Assembly: GCA_947631245.1 (NCBI GenBank)
Contig: CANRKP010000003.1
Location: forward strand, 18,727-82,726
Direction: 5' to 3'
Length of the DNA: 64,000 bases
From: an uncultured Clostridia bacterium
GTDB lineage: Bacteria > Bacillota > Clostridia > Oscillospirales > CAG-272
Both the position numbers and the translations under genes were made by a program. The notes below the pieces were generated by a model, which saw only the letters and a program-made list of their open reading frames with translations, was not told the origin of the DNA and did no database searches. Positions 19,324 to 32,062 of the stretch are shown piece after piece (position 1 is the stretch's first letter; the number at the start of each line of letters is the position of its first letter).

Positions 19324-19475
19324 TTTTTACCTCTCGTTATTATTTTTTCTTACCACACATCCGCGACAGCGCGACGGCACCGCACGAATGCGTGATGTTC
19401 TGCCTTTATTTTATCACACATACGTCGAAATGTAAACAAATCCTCCGCAAAAAAAATGTGCTCTGTGCGCCCGCT

Positions 19476-20111
19476 TCAGTCCCTCCGTCCACTTTCTCCG
19501 TCGCAAACGCGTTTCTCATTTTCTTTTTTCTCATTAAGCCTTATCGAAAACGCCCTCTCCTCCGCATACGACATCATGGAGTTCCGCCTTATCAGAATAT
19601 AAGCCAAAAACGCCCCCGCGCACACGCCCGCCGAAAGAATTTCAAGTAAGCGCGCGGCGGCAAAGGCAATGGTAAGCACGAACACAAGCCCGCACACGTT
19701 TTCGAAAATATTGTCCCGCAGCCACTTTCTCTTGAAGTACTTGAGCCTGTCCTCCGCCGTGAATGTGACCAGCGCACCGCTGCCGCTGACATTTGCATTG
19801 CCGTCCTCATCCGTGGCGGCATTCTCCCTTTCTTCTGCCGCGCCGCCGCTTTTTTCATTATTTTCGGCAATTGTAATAACTTGATTAGTCGTTTGTCTTT
19901 TTCCCGCTATTATCTCGTCCGCCGTCACGCCGAGTTCAAGCGACAACAGCTCCAGCGCCTCGACCCCGGGAAGATACACTCCCGTCTCCCATCTCGAGAC
20001 TGTCTTGCCCGAGACGCCGATGCGCTCGCCGAGCTCCTCCTGCGTCAGACCGAGACGCCGCCTCTGCTCGGCAAGGAAATTCCCCATGCTTCGTTTTCGT
20101 CCGCTGTCCAT
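19476..20111 (-). CDS. XRE-family HTH regulator with C-terminal transmembrane segments
   Basis: GNFLAEQRRRLGLTQEELGERIGVSGKTVSRWETG is an HTH_3 motif. Two hydrophobic helices lie near the C-terminus. The start is ambiguous (20087, 20111 or 20123). Confidence 0.75.
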   Translation of the reverse strand: MDSGRKRSMGNFLAEQRRRLGLTQEELGERIGVSGKTVSRWETGVYLPGVEALELLSLELGVTADEIIAGKRQTTNQVITIAENNEKSGGAAEERENAATDEDGNANVSGSGALVTFTAEDRLKYFKRKWLRDNIFENVCGLVFVLTIAFAAARLLEILSAGVCAGAFLAYILIRRNSMMSYAEERAFSIRLNEKKENEKRVCDGESGRRD

Positions 20112-20200
20112 AAAAAACCGCACCCCCGCTTGATTTTATGCTTGAATTATACTGTCTTAGAAAGCGAAAGTCCACCCCAAAAACAGCGAATTTCATATAT

Positions 20201-20773
20201 TTACTCTATTTTGTCACTAAAATAATCTTCCCGTAAAATGCCTCTCTCAACAATGTCTACCCGTTCGCCGGTCCCGAGCAGTCGGAACGCTTTTCTGCGC
20301 GTCCCCTCATATTTTAAGCCGCATTTCTCCATAACGCGAGACGAGCCGACGTTTTCCGCGGCGTGAATGCCGTTTATGCGATAGAAGCCGACTTCCTCAA
20401 AGCAGTAGCGCAAAACTTCCGTGAGCGCTTCGGTCATAAATCCCTTGCCCCACCACGCCTTGCCTATACAGTATCCGATGCCGCCCGTCTCCTGATACTC
20501 GTCGACGATTCCCACCTCGATATCGCCGATCAGGATGTTTCCGTCCTTCAATACAACAGCCCAATGATAGCAGTCGGGTCGTTTGCATTCTTCCTCGCGC
20601 GCCTTCAAAAGCGCGCGGGTGACGGAAATGTCGCCGTGGGGCGTCCACGTCAGATATTTGGTAACGTCAGGATCGTTCATCCAGTTGGCGAAGGCTTCTT
20701 CGGCGTCGCTTTCCTTCCACGGACGCAGGATAAGGCGCTGCGTCTGCAATTCCCTTGTGCCCTTGTGCTCCAT
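20201..20773 (-). CDS. GNAT N-acetyltransferase (RimJ/RimL-like)
   Basis: ATG 20773 behind an AAGGAG RBS. LQTQRLILRPW.. and ..GYCIGKAWWGKGFMTEA.. motifs. Confidence 0.85.
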   Translation of the reverse strand: MEHKGTRELQTQRLILRPWKESDAEEAFANWMNDPDVTKYLTWTPHGDISVTRALLKAREEECKRPDCYHWAVVLKDGNILIGDIEVGIVDEYQETGGIGYCIGKAWWGKGFMTEALTEVLRYCFEEVGFYRINGIHAAENVGSSRVMEKCGLKYEGTRRKAFRLLGTGERVDIVERGILREDYFSDKIE

Positions 20774-20839
20774 TTTACCGCTCCTTGTCAAGTGCTTTTT
20801 TCAAACAGTCCTTTTTGCTGTCGGAAATTCGGTAACGCG

Positions 20840-21922
20840 CTATATCCTCTCCGCGAAAATATCTCCCATTTCGGTGCATGACACAAGTCGGCAGCCGTCG
20901 TCTTTCCCCGCCGCCATTATGTCCTGCGTGCGGAAGCCCTCGTCTATCGCTTTCGCGACCGCATTCTCTACGGCGTCCGCCTCCTTTTCCATGCCGAACG
21001 AATACCGCAGCATCATCGCCGCCGACAAAACCGTCCCCGTCGGGTTCGCGATATTCTTCCCCGCAATGTCGGGCGCGGAGCCGTGTATCGGCTCGTACAT
21101 TCCGCGTGTGCCCGACGAGAGCGACGCCGACGGCATCATCCCTATCGAGCCCGTCAGCATCGACGCCTCGTCCGAGAGGATGTCGCCGAACATGTTCTCC
21201 GTCACGATGACGTCAAACCGCGTCGGGTCCTTTATCAACTTCATCGCCGCGTTGTCTACGAGTATGTCCGAATATTCAACCTCCGGGTACTGCTCGCGTA
21301 GCATATGCATCGTGCGCCGCCACAGCCGCGACGTGTCGAGAATATTCGCCTTGTCGACGGAGGCGAGCCTGCGCCCCCTCTTCATCGCGGTCTCGAACGC
21401 GACTCTCCCTATCCTCTCTATCTCGTGCTCGGAATATGTCATGACATCCGTCGCCGTAAGCTCGCCGTCTTTCTCCTCCGTCTTCTTCTCGCCGAAGTAA
21501 ATGCCGCCCGTAAGCTCGCGCACGATGACGAGATCTATCCCCTCGCCTATGATGCGGCACTTGAGCGGAGACGCGCCCGCAAGCTGCGGAAACAGCTTTG
21601 TCGGGCGGAGGTTCGCGAAAAGACCGAGCTGTTTTCTGACGGCAAGCAGTGCCTTTTCGGGCCTTATCTCCGCCGGGCAGTCGTCCCACTTCGGACCGCC
21701 GACGGCGCCCAGCAGGACGCTGTCCGAAGAAAGGCACGCCTGCATTCCTTCGTCCGTTATCGGCACGCCGTATTTGTCAATCGAGCAGCCGCCGATGTCG
21801 ACGTAGGTGTATTCAAACGTGTGCCCGTAAACATCCCCGACGCGGTCGAGCACCTTGACTGCCTCTGCAACTATCTCGGGTCCTATCCCGTCGCCGGAAA
21901 GCACCGTTATCCGCTTTTTCAT
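20840..21922 (-). CDS. leuB: 3-isopropylmalate dehydrogenase
   Basis: 360 aa. [17 protein letters not shown] and [14 protein letters not shown] motif ([10 protein letters not shown]). Confidence 0.95.
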   Translation of the reverse strand: MKKRITVLSGDGIGPEIVAEAVKVLDRVGDVYGHTFEYTYVDIGGCSIDKYGVPITDEGMQACLSSDSVLLGAVGGPKWDDCPAEIRPEKALLAVRKQLGLFANLRPTKLFPQLAGASPLKCRIIGEGIDLVIVRELTGGIYFGEKKTEEKDGELTATDVMTYSEHEIERIGRVAFETAMKRGRRLASVDKANILDTSRLWRRTMHMLREQYPEVEYSDILVDNAAMKLIKDPTRFDVIVTENMFGDILSDEASMLTGSIGMMPSASLSSGTRGMYEPIHGSAPDIAGKNIANPTGTVLSAAMMLRYSFGMEKEADAVENAVAKAIDEGFRTQDIMAAGKDDGCRLVSCTEMGDIFAERI

Positions 21923-22416
21923 TTCTTCTCCCCCTCTCCCGAAACGGAGGCGAGCAGCCCGCCCGAGCGAATGATGTTCTGTATGAACGGCGGGAACGGC
22001 TCCGCCCTGTATGTCTCACCGGTCGTGATGTCCGTTATTATGCCGGTATCAAAATCTATCCCGACCTCGTCGCCCGCGCGTATGCCATCCGCCGCCGCGG
22101 CGCATTCGAGTATCGGCAAGCCGATATTTATCGCGTTGCGGTAGAAAATGCGCGCAAAGCTCTTCGCAATAACGCCTCCGACGCCGCAAGTCTTGATCGC
22201 GAGCGGCGCGTGCTCGCGCGAGGAGCCGCAGCCGAAATTTTCTCCGGCGACTATTATGTCCCCGTCCTTTACCGTGCCCGCGAACTCCGCGTCTATGTCC
22301 TCCATGCAGTGCTTCGCAAGCTCGTCAGCCGCCGAAGTGTTGAGATACCTCGCCGGTATTATTACGTCCGTGTCGACGTTGTCCCCGTATCTGAAAGCTC
22401 TGCCGCCTGTCTTCAT
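21919..22416 (-). CDS. leuD: 3-isopropylmalate dehydratase small subunit
   Basis: Internal ATG 22416 behind a [51 protein letters not shown] overlap with leuB. Confidence 0.95.
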   Translation of the reverse strand: MKTGGRAFRYGDNVDTDVIIPARYLNTSAADELAKHCMEDIDAEFAGTVKDGDIIVAGENFGCGSSREHAPLAIKTCGVGGVIAKSFARIFYRNAINIGLPILECAAAADGIRAGDEVGIDFDTGIITDITTGETYRAEPFPPFIQNIIRSGGLLASVSGEGEKK

Positions 22417-23684
22417 TTTTTCCTGTCCTCCGGTCCCGTGATGTATCCCGCAAGCGCGCTCGAAGCGGCGACCGCGGGCGACGCGAGGTAGACCTCGCTC
22501 TTCGGATGTCCCATCCTGCCGACGAAGTTGCGGTTCGTCGTCGCCACGCACCTCTCGCCCTCGGCGAGGATGCCCATATATCCGCCGAGGCACGGACCGC
22601 ACGTCGGCGTCGAGACGACGGCTCCCGCGTCGATGAAGTCCGTGACGTATCCCCTCACGACGCATTCCCTGTATATCGCCATCGTCGCGGGGATTATGAT
22701 GCAGCGCACGCCGTCCGCGACCTTTTTCCCCTTCAGTATCGCGTGCGCCGTCTCCATGTCCTCCATGCGCCCGTTCGTGCAGCTGCCTATTACGACCTGA
22801 TCTATCTTTATGTCCGAAAGCTCGGACGCGGGTCTCGTGTTCTCGGGCAGATGCGGGCACGCCACTGTGGGAACGATATCGCAAAGGTCGATTTTTATCA
22901 CGCGCTCGTATTCCGCGCCGCCGTCCGCCTCGTATACGACGGGTTTTCTTGCGGCGCGCCCGTAAAGATAGGAAAGTGTTTTTTCGTCAACGGGGAAGAT
23001 GCCGTTTTTCGCGCCCGCCTCGACCGCCATGTTGCAGACCGTGAATCTGTCGTCCATCGAAAGCGACCGAACGCCAGCGCCCGAAAACTCCATGCTCTTG
23101 TACCGCGCGCCGTCAACGCCTATCATGCCTATTATCGAAAGTATCAGATCCTTGCCTGAACAGCCTTCGGAAAGCGTGCCCTCAAGCTCGAATTTTATCG
23201 CCGTCGGCACGCGGAACCACGCCTTGCCGGTCGCCATCGCCGCCGCCATGTCGGTGCTGCCGACGCCGGTCGAAAACGCGCCGAGCGCGCCGTATGTGCA
23301 GGTGTGGCTGTCCGCGCCGATAACGCAGTCTCCCGCCGTGACAAGACCCTGCTCCGGCAGAAGCGCGTGCTCGATGCCCATTTTTCCGACGTCGAAAAAA
23401 TGCGTGATGCCGTGCTCGCACGCAAAGCCGCGGCACAGCTTTGACTGCTCCGCCGCCTTTATATCCTTGTTCGGCACGAAATGGTCGAGCACGACGGCTA
23501 TTTTATCCCTGTCGAAAACGTCCCCAAACCCCGCGCGGCGGAATTCGTTCACCGCGACGGGCGTCGTGATGTCGTTCCCGAGCACAAGGTCAAGACCCGC
23601 CTCGATGAGCTCACCCGGAAAGACGGCGTCTTTGCCGGCGTGCGCCGCGAGGATCTTCTGCGTCATTGTCATTCCGTTTCCCAT
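22413..23684 (-). CDS. leuC: 3-isopropylmalate dehydratase large subunit
   Basis: ATG 23684 behind a [27 protein letters not shown].., with aconitase-family Cys ligands (GSCTNGR, PTCGPC). Confidence 0.95.
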   Translation of the reverse strand: MGNGMTMTQKILAAHAGKDAVFPGELIEAGLDLVLGNDITTPVAVNEFRRAGFGDVFDRDKIAVVLDHFVPNKDIKAAEQSKLCRGFACEHGITHFFDVGKMGIEHALLPEQGLVTAGDCVIGADSHTCTYGALGAFSTGVGSTDMAAAMATGKAWFRVPTAIKFELEGTLSEGCSGKDLILSIIGMIGVDGARYKSMEFSGAGVRSLSMDDRFTVCNMAVEAGAKNGIFPVDEKTLSYLYGRAARKPVVYEADGGAEYERVIKIDLCDIVPTVACPHLPENTRPASELSDIKIDQVVIGSCTNGRMEDMETAHAILKGKKVADGVRCIIIPATMAIYRECVVRGYVTDFIDAGAVVSTPTCGPCLGGYMGILAEGERCVATTNRNFVGRMGHPKSEVYLASPAVAASSALAGYITGPEDRKK

Positions 23685-23704
23685 ACTGTGTACCTCCTCG
23701 TCTT

Positions 23705-25366
23705 TTAGTGCCGCGAGCGGTTGAGCGCCGAGAAGAGCGCGCTTATCGACGACGCAATGATGTCGTCGTTTATGCCCGCGCCCCAAACGCGCCTGCCGTC
23801 CTGAAGCTTTATGCTAAGATACGTTATCGCCTGCGACGACGAGCCGCGCGAGAGCGCGTGCTCCTCGTATGTCAGCTCGGAAAACATTATCCCGAGCTCC
23901 CGTTTTACCGCGTTGCTCACGGCGTCAAGTCTTCCGTTTCCCGACGCCTTTATGTCGCGCGCCTCCCCGTCAATTTCAACGGTGACGGTGACGTTTATTT
24001 CCGGCGTCCTTACGAAATGGTAGTCTATGAGCCGTATTTTGTCGTTTACGTTGACGTACTCCTTCGTGAATATGTCGAGTACGTCCTCGGGCGAAAGCTC
24101 CGAATGCTCGCGGTCCGAGACAGCCTTGACGGCGTATCCGACCTCTTCTCTCATTGCGAGCGGGAGCACATAACCGAAGTTCCGCTCGAGAATATATCCG
24201 ATGCCGCCCTTGCCGGACTGCGAGTTTATCCTTATCACGTCCGTCTCGTACTCTCTTCCGACGTCGGCGGGGTCAAGCGGCAGATACGGCACGTTCCATA
24301 CCCCGTCCCCATGCTCCGCGCGCCACTTCATTCCCTTCGCGATCGCGTCCTGATGAGAGCCCGAGAACGCGGCAAATACGAGCTTTCCCGAATACGGCTG
24401 CCTGTCGCCGACCTGCATCCGCGTCGCGCGCTCGTAAGCTCCGGCTATTTTCTGCATGTCGGAAAAGTCAAGCCCCGGGTCGACGCCCTGCGAATACATA
24501 TTCAGCGCAAGCGTCACAAGATCGACGTTTCCCGTCCTCTCGCCGTTTCCGAAAAGCGTCCCCTCTATGCGCTCGGCTCCCGCAAGCAGCCCGAGCTCCG
24601 CGTCCGCGACGGCGCAGCCCCTGTCGTTGTGAGGGTGCAGGGAGATGACGACGGCGTTTCTGTATCCGATGTTGTCGGAGATGTATTCGACCTGATCCGC
24701 ATAGACGTGAGGTGAGGACAGCTCCACCGTCACGGGCAGATTTATTATTGCCTTTCTTTCTTCCGTCGGACGCCAAACGTCGAGAACGGCGTCGCACACC
24801 TCGAGCGCAAACTCAGGCTCCGTCCCCGTGAACGACTCGGGCGAATACTCGTATCTGTAATCGACCCCCATGTCCTCCGCGATACTGCGGAAAAGGCGCG
24901 CGCCGTCCGTCGCTATCTTCTTGATCTCCGCCTTCTCCATCCCAAAGACCTGCTCGCGCTGCGCCCTCGACGTCGGATTGTAGAGGTGTACGATCGCGTT
25001 TTTGCAGCCGCGCAGCGCCTCAAACGTCTTTCTTATTATGTGCTCGCGGCTCTGCGTCAGAACCTGCACTGTCACGTCGTCCGGTATCATGCCGTTTTCT
25101 ATGAGCGTGCGGAGAAACGCGTATTCCGTATCCGACGCCGCAGGGAAACCGACCTCAATCTCCTTGAAGCCGACGCCGACGAGCAGCCGGAAAAAGTCTA
25201 TCTTTTCGCCGAGCGACATCGGTATCGTCAGGGACTGGTTTCCGTCGCGCAGGTCGACAGAGCACCACACGGGCGCTTTATCTATGTACGTCTTCTCCGC
25301 CCACCCGCGGCGCGGGCTTTTGACGGGGAAAAACTGCCGCGTATATTTTTCTTTGCAGTTCGTCAC
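23705..25366 (-). CDS. leuA: 2-isopropylmalate synthase (long, LeuA type 2)
   Basis: 553 aa, GTG start. ..[13 protein letters not shown].., HPHNDRG, and the C-terminal LeuA dimerisation/regulatory domain. Confidence 0.95.
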   Translation of the reverse strand: MTNCKEKYTRQFFPVKSPRRGWAEKTYIDKAPVWCSVDLRDGNQSLTIPMSLGEKIDFFRLLVGVGFKEIEVGFPAASDTEYAFLRTLIENGMIPDDVTVQVLTQSREHIIRKTFEALRGCKNAIVHLYNPTSRAQREQVFGMEKAEIKKIATDGARLFRSIAEDMGVDYRYEYSPESFTGTEPEFALEVCDAVLDVWRPTEERKAIINLPVTVELSSPHVYADQVEYISDNIGYRNAVVISLHPHNDRGCAVADAELGLLAGAERIEGTLFGNGERTGNVDLVTLALNMYSQGVDPGLDFSDMQKIAGAYERATRMQVGDRQPYSGKLVFAAFSGSHQDAIAKGMKWRAEHGDGVWNVPYLPLDPADVGREYETDVIRINSQSGKGGIGYILERNFGYVLPLAMREEVGYAVKAVSDREHSELSPEDVLDIFTKEYVNVNDKIRLIDYHFVRTPEINVTVTVEIDGEARDIKASGNGRLDAVSNAVKRELGIMFSELTYEEHALSRGSSSQAITYLSIKLQDGRRVWGAGINDDIIASSISALFSALNRSRH

Positions 25367-25388
25367 TTTCTTCCTCTTGCAGTCATTT

Positions 25389-26639
25389 TTACGATTTGTT
25401 TTCTTCGACGGTCCCGCCGCGGCTTTGCTTTTCTATAACGCTCTCTATAAACTGCTCCGCGGCTCGCGGCGAACGGCTCCCCTTTGCGAGCGCGAACGCC
25501 TCCGCCTCCTCGTCGAGCCCCGGCACGCCGTCGACGCCCGCGCGCTGTGCCAAGGCGTGCACGATTTTCAAGTAAAGTTTTTTGTCGGGACGTCCGAAAT
25601 ATACGACAAGTCCGAAGCGGTCTGAGAGCGACATCAGCTCCTGCACGGTCTCGCCGTGATGCACATCGTCGCCGTCCCTGTCCGAAAAGCTCTCCCTCAC
25701 GATGTGACGCCTGTTCGACGTCGCGTAGATGACGGCGTTTTTCGCGCGCGCGGAGGCGGAGCCCTCGAGCGCCGCCTTCAGCATAGCGAAGCTGTCGTCG
25801 TTTTTGCCGAACGACAGGTCGTCTATAAAAATTATGAATTTGAGCGGGTTTTCCGCTATCCTCTCCATAACGGATGAGAGAGAGAGTATTTGGTCGCGGC
25901 GCAGCTCTATGAGGCGCACGCCGTCCTTGCGGAACATATTCGCGCTCGCCTTGACTGTCGACGATTTTCCCGTCCCCGCGTCGCCGAACAGGAGTATGTT
26001 AGACGCCTGCCTGCCCTCCGCGAGCGCGCGCGTGTTCGCGAATACCTCCGCCCTCTCCGCCTCGTATCCGACGAACGCTCCCGCGTCCGTTTCGTCTGAC
26101 GCGCCGACGGGCACGATCCTCTCCCCGTCGAGGCGGAACATGCCGTGGCGGGAAAATATCCCATACCCGAGCTTGCCGACGTTTTTGACGCGCTCCGCGT
26201 ACTCAAAAGAAAAGTCGATATGTTCGTTTTCGAACAGCGGCATCCTGACGCCGCCCGCCGCATTTTCCCATACCGGCGCGAGATCCTCCGGCGTCAGATC
26301 CGTCAGTGTAGACAAAAGCCGAAGATCCGCCTCCGCATTTTCGGCAAGCGCATTACTTGTCTTCTCTCCCCTGCCCGCGCGGATAATGTATTCGTTCTCG
26401 TACTCAAACACCGCCTCTTTCAGAAAATCCGAAAACGAGCAGTTGTTTTTCCCGAGCAGATATAAAAACTCGCCGTACAGCGGGACCGCCTCATCCCTGC
26501 CGCGGGAGGCAGCGTCGAGGAATTTTGAAAACGCCCTCATCACGTCATTTTCGAGCACGCCGCGAAACACGGAGATAGACGAAAGCGCGAGCGACAGCCG
26601 TCCAAGCTCCGCCGCTGTAAGACCCGTCTTATTCTTCAT
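25389..26639 (-). CDS. AAA-type ATPase of unknown function (DUF815-like) with extended N-terminal domain
   Basis: 416 aa. Walker [13 protein letters not shown], Walker [11 protein letters not shown]. The start overlaps the ilvD stop by 11 nt, and there is a 22-nt gap to leuA. Confidence 0.8.
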   Translation of the reverse strand: MKNKTGLTAAELGRLSLALSSISVFRGVLENDVMRAFSKFLDAASRGRDEAVPLYGEFLYLLGKNNCSFSDFLKEAVFEYENEYIIRAGRGEKTSNALAENAEADLRLLSTLTDLTPEDLAPVWENAAGGVRMPLFENEHIDFSFEYAERVKNVGKLGYGIFSRHGMFRLDGERIVPVGASDETDAGAFVGYEAERAEVFANTRALAEGRQASNILLFGDAGTGKSSTVKASANMFRKDGVRLIELRRDQILSLSSVMERIAENPLKFIIFIDDLSFGKNDDSFAMLKAALEGSASARAKNAVIYATSNRRHIVRESFSDRDGDDVHHGETVQELMSLSDRFGLVVYFGRPDKKLYLKIVHALAQRAGVDGVPGLDEEAEAFALAKGSRSPRAAEQFIESVIEKQSRGGTVEENKS

Positions 26640-28305
26640 ACTTGAATCTGTTTATTACGGCGCCCTTGTCAGCCGAGCTGACCTGCACCGAATAGCGGGC
26701 GAGCACGCCCCTTATGTCTTTCTTGAACTTTATCGGCGTAGACATCATGCGCTCTTCAAGCTCAGGCTCCGGCACGAGCAGCTCAATTTTATATTCCGGT
26801 ATGTTTATCGATATGATGTCGCCCTCTTTGACAAATGCGATAAGCCCGCCTCTGACAGCCTCGGGAGAAATGTGCCCGATAGAGGCTCCCCTCGTCGCGC
26901 CGGAAAATCTTCCGTCCGTTATGAGAGCGACGTCTTTGTCAAGTCCCATGCCCGCGATGGCGGACGTCGGCGACAGCATCTCCCTCATACCGGGACCGCC
27001 GGCGGGACCCTCGTATCTGATGACGACAACGTCGCCCTTCACTATCTTCCCCGCGTATATCGCCGCGATCGCGTCTTCCTCGCTGTCAAAGACGCGGGCG
27101 GGGCCCTTGTGCACTAGCATCTCGGGCGCGACGGCGGAGCGCTTCACGACGCAGCCGTCCGGCGCGAGATTTCCGCGCAGCACTGCGATCCCTCCCGTCT
27201 TGCTGTACGGGTCGGAAACGGGCCTTATGACGCTGCTGTCGTAAACCTCCGCGCCCTTTATGTTCTCCCAAAGCGTCTTTCCCGTGCAGGTCAGAACGGT
27301 CGTGTCAAGCAGTCCCGCCTCCGCAAGCTCGCGGAGCACGGCGTAAACGCCGCCCGCCTCGTTCAGGTCCTCCATGTATACGGGTCCCGCGGGCGCGAGA
27401 TGGCAGAGGTTCGGCGTGCGCTCGCTTATCTCATTCGCCATGTCGAGATCTATCTTTATCCCGCACTCGTTAGCGATGGCGGGCAGATGCAGCATGCTGT
27501 TAGTCGAGCAGCCGAGCGCCATATCCGCCGTCAGCGCGTTTCTGAACGCCGCCTCCGTCATTATGTCTCGCGGGCGGATGTTATTCTTCACGAGCTCCAT
27601 TATCTGCATCCCCGCGTGCTTTGCGAGCTCGATGCGCGCCGAGTAAACGGCGGGCACCGTCCCGTTCCCGCGCAGCCCCATGCCGAGCGCCTCCGTCAGG
27701 CAGTTCATGGAGTTCGCGGTATACATCCCCGAGCAGGAGCCGCACGTCGGGCACGCGTGTTCTTCAAACTCGCAGAGCCCCGCGTCGTCGAGCTTTCCGG
27801 AGGAGTAAGCGCCGACTGCCTCGAACATGCTCGAAAGGCTCGTCTTTTTGCCGTTCACCCTGCCCGCGAGCATCGGTCCGCCGCTGACGAATATCGTCGG
27901 GATATTGACGCGTGCCGCCGCCATGAGCAGCCCCGGCACGTTCTTGTCGCAGTTCGGCACCATCACGAGCCCGTCAAAGCCGTGCGCGAGCACCATCGCC
28001 TCAGTCGAGTCCGCGATGAGTTCGCGGGTGACGAGGGAGTACCTCATGCCCGTATGTCCCATCGCTATCCCGTCGCAGACGGCGATCGCGGGGAACACGA
28101 TAGGCGTCCCGCCCGCCATCGCAACGCCCGTTTTCACGGCGTCCGCTATCTTGTCGAGGTTCATGTGACCCGGCACTATCTCGTTATACGAGCTGACTAT
28201 ACCTATGAGGGGACGCTCCGTCTCCTCCTTTGTCAGCCCGAGCGCGTGGTAAAGGCTCCTGTGCGGCGCGTTGCCGAAGCCGTCTACTATCGTATCCTTT
28301 ATCAT
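26629..28305 (-). CDS. ilvD: dihydroxy-acid dehydratase
   Basis: 558 aa. ..PNCDKNVPG.., ..[16 protein letters not shown].., ..[10 protein letters not shown]... Confidence 0.95.
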   Translation of the reverse strand: MIKDTIVDGFGNAPHRSLYHALGLTKEETERPLIGIVSSYNEIVPGHMNLDKIADAVKTGVAMAGGTPIVFPAIAVCDGIAMGHTGMRYSLVTRELIADSTEAMVLAHGFDGLVMVPNCDKNVPGLLMAAARVNIPTIFVSGGPMLAGRVNGKKTSLSSMFEAVGAYSSGKLDDAGLCEFEEHACPTCGSCSGMYTANSMNCLTEALGMGLRGNGTVPAVYSARIELAKHAGMQIMELVKNNIRPRDIMTEAAFRNALTADMALGCSTNSMLHLPAIANECGIKIDLDMANEISERTPNLCHLAPAGPVYMEDLNEAGGVYAVLRELAEAGLLDTTVLTCTGKTLWENIKGAEVYDSSVIRPVSDPYSKTGGIAVLRGNLAPDGCVVKRSAVAPEMLVHKGPARVFDSEEDAIAAIYAGKIVKGDVVVIRYEGPAGGPGMREMLSPTSAIAGMGLDKDVALITDGRFSGATRGASIGHISPEAVRGGLIAFVKEGDIISINIPEYKIELLVPEPELEERMMSTPIKFKKDIRGVLARYSVQVSSADKGAVINRFKYEE

Positions 28306-28353
28306 GTTTCACCCTCCGTCCGCTATTATGTCCCCTCGCGGCGCTTTGTCTTG

Positions 28354-29896
<1,543 letters not shown>

Positions 29897-29900
<4 letters not shown>

Positions 29901-31603
29901 ATCAGCCCCTCTTTGCTCGTTATCATTTCGTCGACCGACCCGCCCGGCGGCAGCATCGGAAGCACGAATTCGTCCTTGTCGATGTATGTGTCAATGAGGA
30001 ACGGCCCGCCGTGCGCCATTCCCTCCGCGAATGCGGCGCGGAACTCATCCGCAGTTTCCGCCCGCCTGCCCTCGGCTCCGAACGCCTCCGCGAGCTTCAC
30101 GAAATCCGTTTTTCTGCCGAGCACCGTGTTCGAGTACCGCTTCCCGTAGAAAAGCGTCTGCCACTGGCGCACCATGCCGAGCACGCCGTTGTTCATAACG
30201 ACTATGACGACGGGAATGTTGTACGAAACCGCCGTCGCAAGCTCGTTGCAGTTCATGCCGAAGCTGCCGTCGCCCGTGATGAGCACCGTCCTGTCGCCGG
30301 AGGCGACGGCGGCGCCAATCGCCGCGCCGAGGCCGTATCCCATAGTTCCGAGCCCGCCCGAGGACACAAAGCGCCGCGTCCGCTCAAAGCTGACGTACTG
30401 CGCCGCCCACATCTGATGCTGACCGACGTCCGTTGCGATGACGGTGTCCCCGTCCTTCATCTCGTTTATTATGTCGAATATTTTCCTCGGCGTAAGCGCA
30501 TCGCCCGACGCCGCCTCGGCGGCGTCCGCCGTCCTTCTCTCCTCCGCCCTGAATTCTTCGACCGTGCGCCGCCACTCGGGGTGTGATGCGGCGCGGCACC
30601 TCTGAGATATTTTTTCAAAGGCATCAACGATATTGCCGATGAGCCCGACGTCGACGCGGACATTTTTGTTTATCTCCGCCTGGTCTGCGTCTATCTGTAT
30701 TATCTTCGCGCCCTTCGCGTACTTCGCCGTGTTGCCGGTTGCCCTGTCGCTGAACCTGACGCCGAGCGCTATTATGAGGTCGGCTTCCCCGTTCGCCATA
30801 GACGAGGCATAATGCCCGTGCATCCCCTGCATCCCGAGGAATCGCCCGCAGGAGTCGGGGAGCGCGGACAGCCCCATAAGGGTGCAGCCGATATACGCGT
30901 CCGTCTTTTCGGCAAGCTTCGCTATCGCCTCTCCCATGCCGTGACCCGCGGCGCCGCCGCCGACATAGATATACGGCCGCTCTGAGGCGTTTATAAGCTC
31001 CGCCGCGCGCTCTATATCGTCCTCGGACACGACGGCTTCCTCATAGAACGGAGACACGCCGCCGGGGACAAATTCCGTCACCGCCGTCTGTACGTCCTTC
31101 GGTATGTCTATGAGCACGGGACCGGGGCGGCCCGACTTCGCTATCGTGAACGCCTCTCTTATCGTGTCCGCGAGCTCGCGGACGTCGCTGACAAAATAGT
31201 TGTGCTTCGTTATCGGCATCGTGATGCCCGTGATGTTCACTTCCTGGAAGCTGTCGCGCCCGATAAGACCCGTCGGCACGTTGCCCGTTATCGCCACCAT
31301 CGGTATCGAGTCGAGCATCGCGGTCGCAATACCCGTGACAAGGTTCGTCGCGCCGGGTCCCGACGTCGCTATTACGACGCCGACCTTGCCCGTAACGCGC
31401 GAATATCCGTCCGCCGCGTGGGACGCCCCCTGCTCATGCGCCGTGAGGACGTGATTTATCCTGTCGCGCGCAAGGTAAAGCTCGTCGTAGATATTGAGCA
31501 CCTGACCTCCGGGGTAACCGAACACGTCCGTCACGCCCTGCTCTATCAGCGTCTCGATAACTATCCTCGCGCCCGTCATTCGCTCGTTTTTCTCTGCCTG
31601 CAT
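29897..31603 (-). CDS. ilvB: acetolactate synthase large subunit
   Basis: 568 aa ThDP enzyme (..GYPGG.., ..GLGTMGYGLGAAIGA.., GDGSFGMN). ACGGAG RBS. Confidence 0.95.
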
Positions 31604-31609
31604 AAAAAA

Positions 31610-31948
31610 CTCCGTTCGATAAAATAAAAATGCTCCCGCGCCTCACAAGGCCCCCTTTCGGGGCACCTAAAGAGACGAAAGAGCCGAAAATCTTCCGCGG
31701 TACCACTCTTTTTCGCCCGACGCGGGCGCACCTTACGGGATGCCGTCGCGGTTTTCACCGAACCGCAGATCCACATCCCCGCCCTGTCACGGGAGCACCC
31801 GTCTTTGCTTAATCCCATGCGGTTTCGGCAAAGCCGCTCCGCGGCGACTTCGGCGGCGGCGCACGGCGCCTCTCACCAACCGGCGCCTCTCTTTCAAAAC
31901 CTTTGTGCCCGTACCGCGTACTTTTCCGCATCACAGCGTTTTTATATT
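31610..31948 (-). promoter_or_regulatory. T-box riboswitch leader of the ilv-leu operon
   Basis: On the minus strand: an AGTA box near the 5' end and AGAGAGGCGCCGGTTGGTGAGAGGCGCC (AG bulge / distal-loop-like). The conserved T-box AGAGTGGTACCGCG lies at 31709-31696. It is followed by GC-rich hairpins and GGGAGCATTTTTATTTT just before the ilvB RBS. Confidence 0.8.
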
Positions 31949-31954
31949 TTTATA

Positions 31955-31984
31955 ATTGTATCACGCACACTCCCCGCTTGTCAA
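31955..31984 (-). promoter_or_regulatory. sigma-A-type promoter of the ilv-leu operon (TTGACA-18-TACAAT)
   Basis: On the minus strand, TTGACA at 31984-31979 and TACAAT at 31960-31955. Confidence 0.65.
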
Positions 31985-32017
31985 CATTCGAGAGCGGAAA
32001 AATTCCGCCGAAATCCG

Positions 32018-32057
32018 AAAAAAGCAGTGCTCGGGGCAAGAAAAACTTTGCCCCGAG
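32018..32057 (-). terminator. rho-independent terminator of recG
   Basis: On the minus strand, CTCGGGGCAA-8 nt-TTGCCCCGAG followed by CACTGCTTTTTT. Confidence 0.75.
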
Positions 32058-32062
32058 TGTTT

